A DNA stretch of 64,000 nucleotides from the NCBI RefSeq assembly GCF_036321535.1, contig NC_087454.1:19592001-19656000 (forward strand), written 5' to 3'. The stretch is from Camelus dromedarius (Eukaryota). Below, piece by piece: positions 21,640 through 33,200 of this stretch. The stretch's first letter is position 1. Every line of letters starts with the position of its first letter. The notes under the pieces are model-generated. The model was not told where the DNA came from. It saw nothing but the letters and a program-made list of their open reading frames with translations, and searched no databases. A program made the translations under genes and the position numbers.

Positions 21640-22739
21640 CGAAAGGAGTTGCCGCCACCCTGTCACTGTTTGGAGACCTGACACTGTTCTTAGTCTGGAT
21701 TTGCTTTATTCAGTTTTCTGGCAGCATTTAGTACCCCCTCTCCCCACCAGGACGGGAGGCTGTGACCCACAGTCTCCCGCCTTGGACGCTTGGGTTTCTC
21801 ACTGTCCAAATTCTGCCCTGTGGTCAGGGAGCAGAGTGCTGATCCCCCTAGAAGTTACTATATCAGCCAACATGTACAGCCCCGTGGGGTGTGAAGAAGG
21901 GAAAAGACAAGGTCTGCCTTCATGAGTAGTCTAGCTAGAGAAGACTTGGAAGATGAGAGGAGTGTATAATGCGATGCGACTAAGGGCCAAATGTGTGGTG
22001 CTGTCGGTGTTAAGTGGCCACGCACTCACAGAAGGAAAGATGATCCAGAACTTGGTTATTTGGTGGGATCGCTTGAGGGTGGACCCTGAAAAATAATGAG
22101 GATTTGAATAATGAAGAAGAGGGAGCCATTTTTGGAACCTAGGGAGAGAACAGATCTAAGCCTTGGAAGGAAGAGAAGACTGGGAGTTGAGAGAGCATGG
22201 CTGGTGTGGCTGCTTATTAGAGCAGGGTCGGAGGGCAGGGTCGGGAAGTCACACCCCAGTGGCAAGTGGTTGATGGTGATATTTGGGTAGTGATGGGTGA
22301 GGTGGACCAGAAAAACTTGTGGGATGGGCACCCTAACTTGTGTTGTGCTGATGAGGTAGTAAATCCTGAATTAGGACACAAGGGAGAGGGATGGAAAGGA
22401 GAGGACAAGTGGGAAGGGCCAGGTGTGGGAGCTGGAGAGAGAATAATCAGATGCTTCCAATTCTAGGGAGATTATGAGGAACCATTCAAGACTTACTGAG
22501 TTGGGACATCAAATTTGGAGAAATTATTTTCTGGCCAAATAACACCAGATGTCGAGTACAAGGTTTATATCGAAAGTGAAGGTTTGGTGTGGAGATAGTT
22601 GTAGAGGCACCGTTGGGTATATTAGAAATAAAGGGATGCCCCTCTTACAGAATTTGAGGGAAAAAAATCAGGGTCTTGTGCCAAGTAAGAATTAATCTCC
22701 ATTCCATGAAATAGGTCTGTCATTGAGTAGTGGGAGCGG

Positions 22740-22885
22740 GCTTCAAGCCCACTGTTAATGGTGTGGCCTCGGACTCAGCCTCTTGGTACCTGTTTCCTCA
22801 TCTGTAACAGGAAGGTGATAAAAAGTACCTACCTCATGGGGTTATTAAGGGATTAGACATGTAATTATTTGTGAAGTGCTTTTTT
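22740..22885 (+). mobile_element. MIR SINE
   Basis: cctgtttcctcatctgtaac...gtacctacctcatggggttattaaggggattag...gtgaagtgct. Confidence 0.75.
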
Positions 22886-23930
22886 TTTTAAACTTTTGTT
22901 GCCGTGTGTTTCACGTTACACTTTACACTTGGCACTGGAAATTCCCAGTTCACTAGTCTAGATGAGATGATACATAATATATATAGGAATGTTATAAAAT
23001 GAATACCAGAATTTCACATTTCAAGTTTTTGATCGCTAGTTTCACTAGATACTTCAGGTGCTCCAAAATAACTTCTCTTCATGTACACAAATTTTATTTC
23101 TTCTCTCACTGTGTATAGTTATGCACCGAGATAGGGGCAAAAGGATGCCGCTTCTCCAAAAAGAGCAGCATGGAAATGGGATGCAAAAGGAAAAAAACAA
23201 CACATTTACATGGTTATTGAAAAATGGGGTTTCACTAACAATTAAATATTTTTATTCATGAACAACCTTTATCATCTATGAATCATGCAGTAATGTCATA
23301 CATAATGAGCAGCATAGAAATGTTTTTAGAAGTGAGTGATTCTTGTTCACACCTTCCTAATGAGGAAACAGACTCAGAGACGCTAACCTGGTTGTGGTCT
23401 CCCTGCCTGAGGGGGTGTTCCTGGGGCGGTGGCCCTTGTTTTCTGACTCTAGAGCCCTGGGCATTCTCCCTCCTCTGTAGAAAGTGGGCAAGAAGGATGT
23501 TTGAGGGCAGTGGTTCCCAAAGTGCTGGACCTGCAGCAGCAGCAGCAGCATCGCCTGGAGTTTGTTACAAGAGCAAAGACAGGAACTGAGGGGTGCCTCT
23601 GGAGTACACCAAAGGGAGCGGGGTCCTCAGAGAGAAACGGTGGAGGGAAGGCTCCTCAAAGGAAGTAACAGTGAAAGCCGAGGCGTGGAGGTGGAGAAGG
23701 AACCAACTAGATGAGCGGGAAAGAAGAGCCTTGGTGGAAGGGGCCAGATGTGCAAAGGCTCAGAAGCTGGAAGGAGCTTGACTAGGACAAGGAACATGGC
23801 CTGAGCTTAGAGCTTAAGCAGGGGCTGGGACACATGGCCGTATAAACCTTGGTAGGGACTTGGGATGCGGTTCTAGGAGCAATAGGAGGCCGTCGGTGTT
23901 TACCCAGGAGTGTGAATTGACCTGGTTTTC

Positions 23931-24196
23931 TTTTTTCTTTTTTTTTTTTTTAACATTTTTTTTATTGAGTTATAGTCATTTTACAATGTTGTGTCAAATT
24001 CCAGCATAGAGCAGTTTTTCAGTTATACAGGAACATACATACATTCATTGTCACATTTTTTTTCACTGAGCTACCACAAGATCTTGTATATATTTCCCTG
24101 TGCTATACAGTATAATCTTGTTTATCTATTCTACATATGCCTGTCAGTATCTACAAATTTTGAACTCCCAGTCTATCCCTTCCCACCCCTCTCCCC
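23931..24196 (-). mobile_element. Young 5'-truncated L1 3' end with a perfect 13-bp TSD
   Basis: Poly-T head plus an L1 3'UTR nearly matching the copy at 51322. TGACCTGGTTTTC is present at both 23918-23930 and 24197-24209. Confidence 0.88.
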
Positions 24197-25226
24197 TGAC
24201 CTGGTTTTCATTTTGGCAAAATTGCTTTGGCTGCTGCACAAAGAATGGTGGGTATGGGGAGACAGAGGGGATGGCAGGAGAGAAGTTAGATACTCCCTCG
24301 GGAAAGAGGAGATACCCTCCTGCCTCTAAGAAAGGAAGAGATAATGTAGACTCCGCTCTTTTCAGGTAAAGAGAAGGGGAAATTGTGCTCACATTGGATG
24401 GGGTTCATTTTCTCACATTGGATGGGGGAGGTTTGGTGCCAGAGAATCAAGAAGAGTTAGAAGTTTGCCAAGCACCAGTGAGTATATTGAGTCAGTGCTA
24501 ATAATTTGTAGTGGGCCAAGATGGTAGGATTTCGTGATTTTTTAGTGTTTGTTAGGTTACTGTCTGGGAGCAGAAGTGGGAGAAATAGAATAGTGATGAT
24601 TCAGAACTGGAGATGGAACTGGTGAGCTTAGGGAGGGGTTGACAGAATGTTGAGAGTTGGAAGGGTGTTTGGGGAGCAGGGAGTGGAAATTGGATAAGAA
24701 AGGAAGAACAGACCAGCTGAAATGGAGGTTCCTGCAGGGTTTGGTGAAGAAACAGAATGGGTTAATGGTTTGGTGAAATGGATGAGATGCTCAACCTCTC
24801 TCTCCCTGCCAAAAAGAAAATAAAAAATCATAAGTAACAGTAACTTTGGATTTTCATAGAGAATTTGAAAGAAAAATGGCTGAACATGTGTTAAGGCAGA
24901 AAAAAAGTAAGCTCTCTCGACAGGTTCTTGTGGCCTGTTGTAGGAGATGGAGAGATGGTGAGAAGCAGGCCATGGATGGAACCAGAAGGAAAGAAACGCA
25001 AGTTTAAGAATTTTTCATTTTTTCCTAATAGAGCCGGGTACTTCATTGATACTTCACTTCTTACCTTGGCCCTTAGATTATGTCCTCTTCTTGGGTTCTC
25101 TTCGAGTGCAAAGAGCAGAGTAGGCTAAGTGACTGAACACCCTCTTTTCTGAGAAGAGGCAAAGTTGGAGGATCAAATTGGCCCGGACGATTTTACTTGT
25201 TGGGGGACCTGTGAAATTTAGAAAGT

Positions 25227-25245
25227 TGCTGCCCTCTTGTGGCCA
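25227..25245 (-). promoter_or_regulatory. CTCF-like motif TGGCCACAAGAGGGCAGCA
   Basis: Close match to the canonical CTCF core (TGGCCACCAGGGGGCGCTA). Sequence match only. Confidence 0.6.
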
Positions 25246-25277
25246 ATCCTGGAAACAGCCAAGAAACGCGTTCTAGA

Positions 25278-25425
25278 GCGGTGTTTCCCAGATCAGCAAC
25301 ACCTGGGAACCTGATAGAACTGCAAAATCTCAGAATTCATCCCAGGCCTACTGAATCAGGAATTTTGCTGAATCCCACCCCCAGCCTGCCCTTTAACAAA
25401 CCCTTCAGATGATTCTGATGAACGC
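25278..25425. mobile_element. MER5-like hAT-Charlie MITE
   Basis: gtgtttcccagatcagcaacacctgggaacctgatagaactgcaaaatctc...tttaacaaacccttcagatgattctgatg. A smaller related piece lies at ~23510-23570. Confidence 0.65.
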
Positions 25426-27249
25426 TATTCTCAGCCCCCGCCCCAACATCCCCATTTTCCCTTTCCCTCCAAAATGTAATTTCCAATTACAAGAATAGCA
25501 GAACTTCCTATCTGTTCATCCTCTCCAACCATGTTCTGGCCTCCAAAACCTATCTTCCCCAGGAAACCTCCTCATCAATAAGCTCTCAGTACCTGTCCTT
25601 AAGATCTAAAAATCGTCTTGAGCCTCCATCTCCTAGCAGCAGGCCCATCGCTCTACTCTGCAGAGCTGCTTTTTTAGGGAAGAGCAGTCTACACTCTCCC
25701 TTTTCTTGTTTCTCCACTGGAGCTGCTTTTAAAAGGAACCACCTTTTTTTCCTTCCTTCCTTCCTTGCTTCCCTCCCTCCCCAGAAACTGCTCTTGGGTT
25801 TCTCCTTCACCCACTCCCTGTGCTCCTCCCTTCTACCCACCCTCACTTAAATTCCTCCCCTAAGCTGCTCTGCAAGGCCAGTAGGGTCGGCTAGAATGGA
25901 TGTGCCTGCACCTCCAGCAAACTCTGAGCTCTGCAACCCCCAACATCCCACCACCCGGGATCCACCCAGCACCCTATGGTATCTTATGTTGGAGTACTCC
26001 TCTGGTATTCCACTTCATACCAGCAAAGGATTGGAAACCACATTCCTAAAGGTTTGTATTAATGGACCTTCAAAGACAGCTGATAATGGCTGGATTTTTA
26101 ACAAAAAACCCAANNNNNNNNNNNNNNNNNNNNNNNNNNNNNNNNNNNNNNNNNNNNNNNNNNNNNNNNNNNNNNNNNNNNNNNNNNNNNNNNNNNNNNN
26201 NNNNNNNNNNNNNNNNNNNNNNNNNNNNNNNNNNNNNNNNNNNNNNNNNNNNNNNNNNNNNNNNNNNNNNNNNNNNNNNNNNNNNNNNNNNNNNNNGAAG
26301 GAGAGGGCTGGGAGAGGGAAAGTCATTTTAGCGAATCCCCGGGGGTGATTCAGAGGTGGCTGATAGGGCGAGGGAGCTGGAGGCCTCACACTGATGGGTT
26401 CCAGGTGGGGGCCAGGAGCACACTAGCTCCCGGAGGCAGTGCATGTAGTGTGACTGTCAGGCCCAGCGTGCCGGGCTTCAGTTGATGAAAAGCTGGTCTC
26501 ACTGAAGTGTTTTACAAAGTTTCCATAATGAGCTGTAGGCTAGGGTGGATGACCACCAATGGCCTCACCTACGCCTGATAAAACTTCCACTGGATGAGGC
26601 GTGAATTTGCCGTCATTGAACCTAGCAGACCCACGACAGGTGTTCACAGATTGCAGTCTGTCTTGAGGAAAAATTCAGAATGTAAAGCCTGTGTCAGGGA
26701 GGAGTGGGGATGATGTGTGTTCCAGAACTCAAATCCAGCCTGATTGAGCCCTCTCAGTGCAGTGGGATATCCAATACCCCGTGTACCATCTCCCCACCCC
26801 ATGAGGAATAATGAACTTGGCTGGGGTGATTTCATAAGTGCAGCTGATGCCGTGTTGGAGTTCTCTGTGCACGTGGAGGACCCACACTAGTAGAGCAGAG
26901 GTGTTCTCCCGATAACCAGCTTTAGGTTCTCAGGCACGAAGGGGAAGACTGGAAAGGGGCTTGGGATACAGGGCAAATCTCCTCAAAAAGTGAAGCCAAC
27001 TGGGTCTCCTCTTCAGCAGTCCAGGGTACAGGATGTGTCCAGTCTCTCCTCCCCAGACTGGAGGAGAGTATGTACAGCGATGCGCACCAGTGATCAGAAA
27101 ACCCCCAGGAACCCAGGCAGGTGGGCACTGAGGGGGCCGGCTCCTCCACAGCTGGGGAAAGGGGGAAATGGGCCTCACAGAAGCCATAAAAGGGTGGAAG
27201 GAGCAAGGCTGCAGTCCACAGGGGGTGTGGGTGGGCGGGTGGGCAGTCC

Positions 27250-30200
27250 CTAGGGCAGGGGGGGCCCATTGACACCAGGGTGGTAGAAGGCACAGTTGTT
27301 CTCATAGCGGCAGTTGCCTTTCATCATGAAATGTCGACAAACGGGTCGGTTTGACATGTCTGTGGGAACAAGGGTGGAATAGTTAAGATAGGAAAGGGCT
27401 AAGAGGTCAATGTCACCCTCACCCCACCAGTCCAAGGCATCTTGAGAGACCTAGCCTTGGGGACTTGAGGGGAGGGCAAAAGGAAGGAACTGCCATGCAT
27501 GGTGGGAACTGGGACCAAGGTGACCTTATGTTCTGCCTGGCACACCCAGGGTAGTGATGCTCCCCAGAAGCTTCTGTGGGACACCAAAAGCAGTATGGGG
27601 GACAGGGAGCATACTCACCTCCTCCGTGGCTGTGGCCTCCATCATGCCCTCGGTGGCCCCCTCCTCCATGGCCAGGGCCATCATGGCCACGGTGCTCATG
27701 AGGGGGTGGCCCTCGGTGGTCGTGGCCTCGGTGACCAGGGACATCGTGAGGCCGATGGCCATGGGGCCCTCCGTGTCCAGGGCCTTCATGGGGCCGATGT
27801 CCACCGCTTCCACCCATGCCACCGCCAGGGCCTTCGTGGGGGCGATGGCCACTGCCACCGCCCATACTACCACCAGGGCCTTCATGGGGGCGATGCCCAC
27901 CGCCCATGCCACTGCCAGGGCCCTCATGGGGACGATGTCCGCTGCCACTGTTCATGCCCCCACCAGGGCCTTCATGGGGACGATGCCCTCCGCCTCCAAC
28001 CATGCCTCCACCAGGGCCCCCTCGTCCATTTGGAGGTCCTCCTCCAGAGCGACCTCCTCTGGCCCCTCGGAATGGAGGAGGGGGAGGAGGAGGTTCATTT
28101 CCTCCTCGGCCACCACGGCCTCTATGGTATGGTCCAGGACCAGGTCCTGGACCTCCCCGCATTGGGCCACCCCGCATGGGGTCACCTGGGCCATCCCAGA
28201 AGGGATCACCCCCCCGGGGAGGGGGTGGGGGACCCAGGAGACGTGGACCCACTGGGCCACCAGGGCCCCCAGGGCCTCCGTGGGGACCTATTGGGGAAAA
28301 AAAGGGAGAGAGTATCAGCCTCCTGTTGCAGCTGGGGACTGCCACCTCCCACCCTAAGCCATCTCCCAGCTTTTGGTCGATCCTGTACTATTTATTACCA
28401 GGTCGAAATTAAGCAGATAAGCCCATTGCAACCTCTCAGTCACCACCTACCTGGCATAGGTCCCCCGGGTCCAGGGGGGAAGTGCTGCATGCCTTTGGGG
28501 CCCCCCGGGCCTCCTGGTGGGAAACCATTGGCTATCGGACCAGGGCCCAAGAGTCCATGTGGCACTGTTAACAAAAAAAGGAATGAAGTGGTCAGCAAGA
28601 GGATTCGAGAAGGGCAGCATGACGTCTCCCTGCTCAGGTGTGCCCAGTGGACCCCCTCAGACCAACCTGGCAAAGCTGGGCTCTCTGTCCATCTTCCCCT
28701 CCCACGGCTTGCCGCCTAGCGCCAATACCCCTGCTTCCCCCAATTCCACCGCAGGCTTCCTCTCCCAGGCCCCGGGGCTGGCCCTGGTGATTACCCAGCA
28801 TCTGCTTGATCTTGTCTGAGTAGTCTGGCTGCTTCAGCAGTTCCTCTGAGGGATGACTGTTAGGGCTACCCTGTAAAGCAAGGTCATTAGGGAGTAAGGT
28901 AAACAGAGAACAAGGGTAATAACTAGCAGAGAACGGGGAGCCCAAAGAGGAAGAAGTGGGAAGGAGAGGAGGATGGAGGTGAAAAGAAATGGAGATGGCG
29001 GAAAAGAGGAAGGTGGCTGGTACCATGATGGAGGTGAGGATCTCCTGGACGTTGATGCCTCCTCCTCCAGGACCCTGGGGACTCTTCCCGGCACCCATGC
29101 TTCCCATAAGATTGGCCAGAACAGGAGGCAACTTGGAACCACCTGCCCCATCAGGTGAGCCACCAGCACCCCCAGGCTCCAGGGTCTCAACATAAGGGGT
29201 CTCATCCATGGAACACTCCTGAAAGAACAGGAGAATAATCAGGACCAACTGAAAGAATAAAGAGAGTCTCACATCAGAGGCATTAAAATCACCATGTAGT
29301 GCTCACTCACCTCATCCAGAGGGATGAGTTTTGGGGGGACAGGCTCGTAGGGCTCAGGATCAGGCTCATGAGGACTGTTAGGAGAGCCGCAGGCAACAGA
29401 AAAAAGAATGACAGGTGATTTATTCAAGCCCTCGACTTACATCCTAATCTCCCCCACTTCCTAATTACTCCAGGGCACGTTCCCCTCACGGGCTCAATGC
29501 CCCTGGGAGTGAACCCCATTTTTGCTTACCTTTCCTTGTTCAGGAAGAGCTCCTGAAGGATCCCCTTCTCCCGCTCAGCCTGGATGTACCGCTCCTGGCT
29601 GTTGCTTCCAGGGGTGACGAGCGGCGAGGGCAGAACCAGGGGCCGGGGGCACACCCAGGGCACCTTCTCCTCCATGTTGTCGTGGCTTAGACGCCGGGCC
29701 GTCTCAAACGCATGCCGGTCTGACAGTATCTCTCGCTTAGCCGCCTCCCCGAAGTCCTTGATCTTGTTCACATTCACTGGGCAAGGAGAGAAAAGGCAAG
29801 AGGGAAAGTAAGACCACCCACGCCCCTTTCAACTCTCCATACCCCACCTATTACACAAGAAACTCAAACTCTAACCTCGCTCAGTTTCGTCCAGTTCAAA
29901 ATAGAAATACTCTCTCAGTCTGCCCTCCTCAGGCCACGTCACAGTTTTCCTCTTTCTGCCTTTCCGGGTCAGCTGGCTGGGATCTCCGGGACTCTCCACT
30001 GGCTTTGCATCCAGAGGTCCCGGCTCCAAAGCGGCTGTGAGCAAGAGAGGTTTCAGCCCAGATTCTTCCTTTCAGAAAACCCCCAAACCTAAACCAGTTT
30101 CTAAGCTCACCCGTATCCATGAGCTCTGGGACCTCAACAGGGGGGACCGGGGTCCCTGGACGTTCTGTGTCCATAGCCTCACAAGGAGGCGCTGGCTCTG

Positions 30201-33200
30201 GGGAAGAAGGTTTGGCTGTGCTGGGTTCTGTGCTCGTTTTCCCTTCAAATGGGCTCGGCTATCATGAAAGAAAAAGAAGCTAATGAGCAGACAGGAAAGC
30301 CAGGCTCGAGGCAAGGCAACCAGTCCAGGGTCGCAGGCAGGCTCCGCCAACAGTTCCCACAAAGACTCTGTCGCTAACTAGGCTCCGCCGCCACCCGTCT
30401 ACATCTGAGACACAACTCCCGTCCCCGCCAAGTGCTCCCGGCGGCTGGGCCCCTCCTTCATCTGTACCTTTCCTACCTGGTCACTGGCACCTGCCCCCCA
30501 GCACCCATACCTTGGCAGCCGTGGGTGACAGCACCTTCTTCTTCTTCTTAATTTTGATGCCTGGAACAGGGGCTGAATTGAGCGCATCCAGAAAGCCCAG
30601 GCCCTCCATGGCTACAAAAGGGAAAAGCATAAAGTGAAATCATCAGACCTCCTCCCTCATCCTATTCCTCTAGACAAAGCCTGGGCAGAAAATGGGCTAG
30701 CAGAGACCCTGCTTCGACTCTGGGCACAGTAAGCTCAGGGGACCAGGAAGCATGTGTGGGAGGATTCACACAAGCTATTCTAGTCATTACTCGAGCTCTC
30801 TTTTAAAGGCAGGCAAGCCATGGCTTTGGATGTGAATTGGAGCTTCAGGTCACTGACAAAGCCAGCCCCCCTGAACACGGCAGCTGAGCCTGCCAGCTGG
30901 GAGTGCCCCAGCCGGTCACCAGAGAGCAGACCTCCCTACTTCATCTCTAAAGTTACTCCTAGTAATCCTATGGACTCCTATGAAGGGAGGTCCGGAGGTG
31001 CAAATACTGAAGGACACCAAAAAAAATCACATGAAAATGGGGGAGAACATTTCATTCCCATGAAAAGAGTCTGCTCCCCCTACTGGAGACTCACGTTGTG
31101 GTGGGATGATTTTCACTTTAATCTCTTTGGTGGCATTGGGTGTCGTGTTGAGTGGCTTGTATTTCTTCTCTGCAGGGGGGGCAGCATCTCCTGGGGTGGC
31201 GGCGGAACTATAGGACAGGGAACTGTCAGCATCTGACTCGCCCCCCTCCCCTCACGTCCGCAGACGTGGCCCCCTCAGAAGCCCAGAATGGCGACCATAC
31301 CTCTGACGCTTGAGGGGGATGGGCTTGAGGTTGTATTTGTCAGAAACCACCACCGCACTGGCGTTCTTCTTCACGGGCACCAGCGACGGGGTCTCCAGCT
31401 CCAGGCCTGGGAGAAAGACATGGTGTTGGGGCCGGACTCACTCTGCACTCTTTGGACTTTTCCTCCCGTGATCTTCATCTAGCCTTACAAACCTCGACGC
31501 TTCACCCACTAGTCTTCCCTCTTCTCCAGATTTACGGTACCAGTAAGTCCAACTATTCCACCCCAAGGCCCGGGCGAGCACCGACCCACAGACCCTCGGC
31601 GGCCAGACGCAGCCTTACCGGTGGAACGGAACTTGGCGTGACTGGGCGCCGTGGTTCGGAGAGACTTGGGCTTCTCTCGCTTCTTCTCCGGGGCCTCCTC
31701 AGCCCGGGTCTCAGCCTTCACCTCAGTCAGCGGTCGCTCAGGAGGGGTCGTTCGATTCTTCCCCTCTTCTTTCCGTTTCTTCTTATCTTTCTCTGTTGTA
31801 GAGAAACAGAGCAGAAAAGGATTTTATTTAGATAAAGAGAAAGACTGTCAGAGGCAAAGCAGGCTGGAGGCATGCAAGGCCACATCCCAGTGGGGAAGAA
31901 AGAAACAGGAGGGCTAAAGGACCAAGTTGCTTACCTGCAGGCTGGGTGCTACTCTGGGAGCGGATGACAGCCATCCAGTCGCTGACAAGGACTGAGGCCA
32001 ATTTCCGGAGCTCTGTAGGTGAGAAAAAGGGGAAAGGCCTAAATAATTTAAGATATTATTCTTCCAGTCATCAAAAATAGACATGTTGGAAAATACACTG
32101 TGAAAATCTGTGTAATGGAAAAAGGAACCCAGACTTTTAAGAACATGAGATAAGCTCAAAGTCCAAACTCTTAAAAATAAAACACTGAATCACAGAACTG
32201 TCCTCTACTCAGACAACTTTCAACCCTGATGCCATCACAACACTAGGGGGGCAAAAAGAACAAACATTTATTGAAGTATGTTGTAAAAACTACATTAGCT
32301 ACTTTACATATCTCTCGTGTAATTCTTACTACAAGCTGAAGATATTTAATCTCCCTTTACAGACACAGAAACATGGAGATTAGAGTCACAAAACTAGAAG
32401 GCGGCAGAATGAACCTAGTGCCTACACCCTTCCCCTAACTGCTTACTGAAAGAATAGAAACTAAAATCAGAGAAAGGCAGACGGGGTTCAAGCATCTGAA
32501 GGACTACTAGATTTAAAAAGAAACTCTATTATTCTATGTTGTCCTAAAGACAAACTTGACGCAAAATTTCAAAGAGACAGATTTAGATCCTCTTTAAAAA
32601 AGATTTTTCCAGGTTATAAGGTTATAGGTTATCCTACAAATTATTATTAAAGATGCTCTGAGGTGTCACAAAAATAGTGAAGTGCTTCATTATATAAAAG
32701 GACCTAAAAGCTGAGAAGTAATACAACTAAAAGAATGGGAAGCTAGGGTATGTTCTTCACTTAACGAGTACTGTGAGTTACAGCAAAATCGGGATCCTTT
32801 ATTTTGGAAAATATTCCCAGTGTTTTCTCCTCCAGCTAAAGGAACTGCAGATAGGCTTGCCCAGGCCTGGATGCTCCCTCCACACCAAACGGCCAAAGCT
32901 TCGTTCCGAAGGGACCCCGCACCCCACTCCCTACTGACAGAGAGCAAGCCTGTATTCTGACTAGGGGTTCAGCTCAGCTACAGTAATGCTCACTTGTGGG
33001 AAACTAGTGTCTTGTGCTCCTGGTTTATGCCTTGGGTATAAAATCTTTGGGTTAATTCTTGGGTATAAACCCTTTCCTTCTCTAAAGAAAAGCCTGTGAC
33101 TTCCTGGAGCCAGACTTTGTCTTCAAGCCAGAACTGTATAGCCCTTGCCAGCAGCTCCAAAACTCTGTCTTAGAAAAGAAAAGAATCTGTTGCTATCGAA

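Noticed and set aside
23534-23550. (CAG)5 run
   Set aside because: Small expansion inside a MER5-like fragment in intergenic DNA; non-coding.
24388-24428. Short direct duplications (ctcacattggatgggg x2; similarly ~43675-43712, ~51947-51975, ~53672-53710)
   Set aside because: Two-copy slippage duplications with no spacer array. Not CRISPR-like and no evident function.
27499-28719. 406-aa + strand ORF, plus ORFs 27554-28357 and 27816-28412, antisense to PPP1R10
   Set aside because: These are shadows of a GC-rich Gly/Pro/His repeat exon whose complement is poor in stop codons. There is no promoter, poly(A) or domain evidence. Stop-free conservation across mammals would be needed to reconsider.
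31208-31225. In-frame upstream acceptor CTGACAG, 15 nt before PPP1R10 exon 10 (would add SLSYS)
   Set aside because: The AG directly follows a CTGAC branch-point-like motif and has no pyrimidine tract, so it is more likely the branch point for the TAG acceptor.
32238-32255. ACACTAGGGGGGCA CTCF-like motif in a PPP1R10 intron
   Set aside because: Weaker match, next to MIR-derived sequence; not distinguishable from chance by eye.
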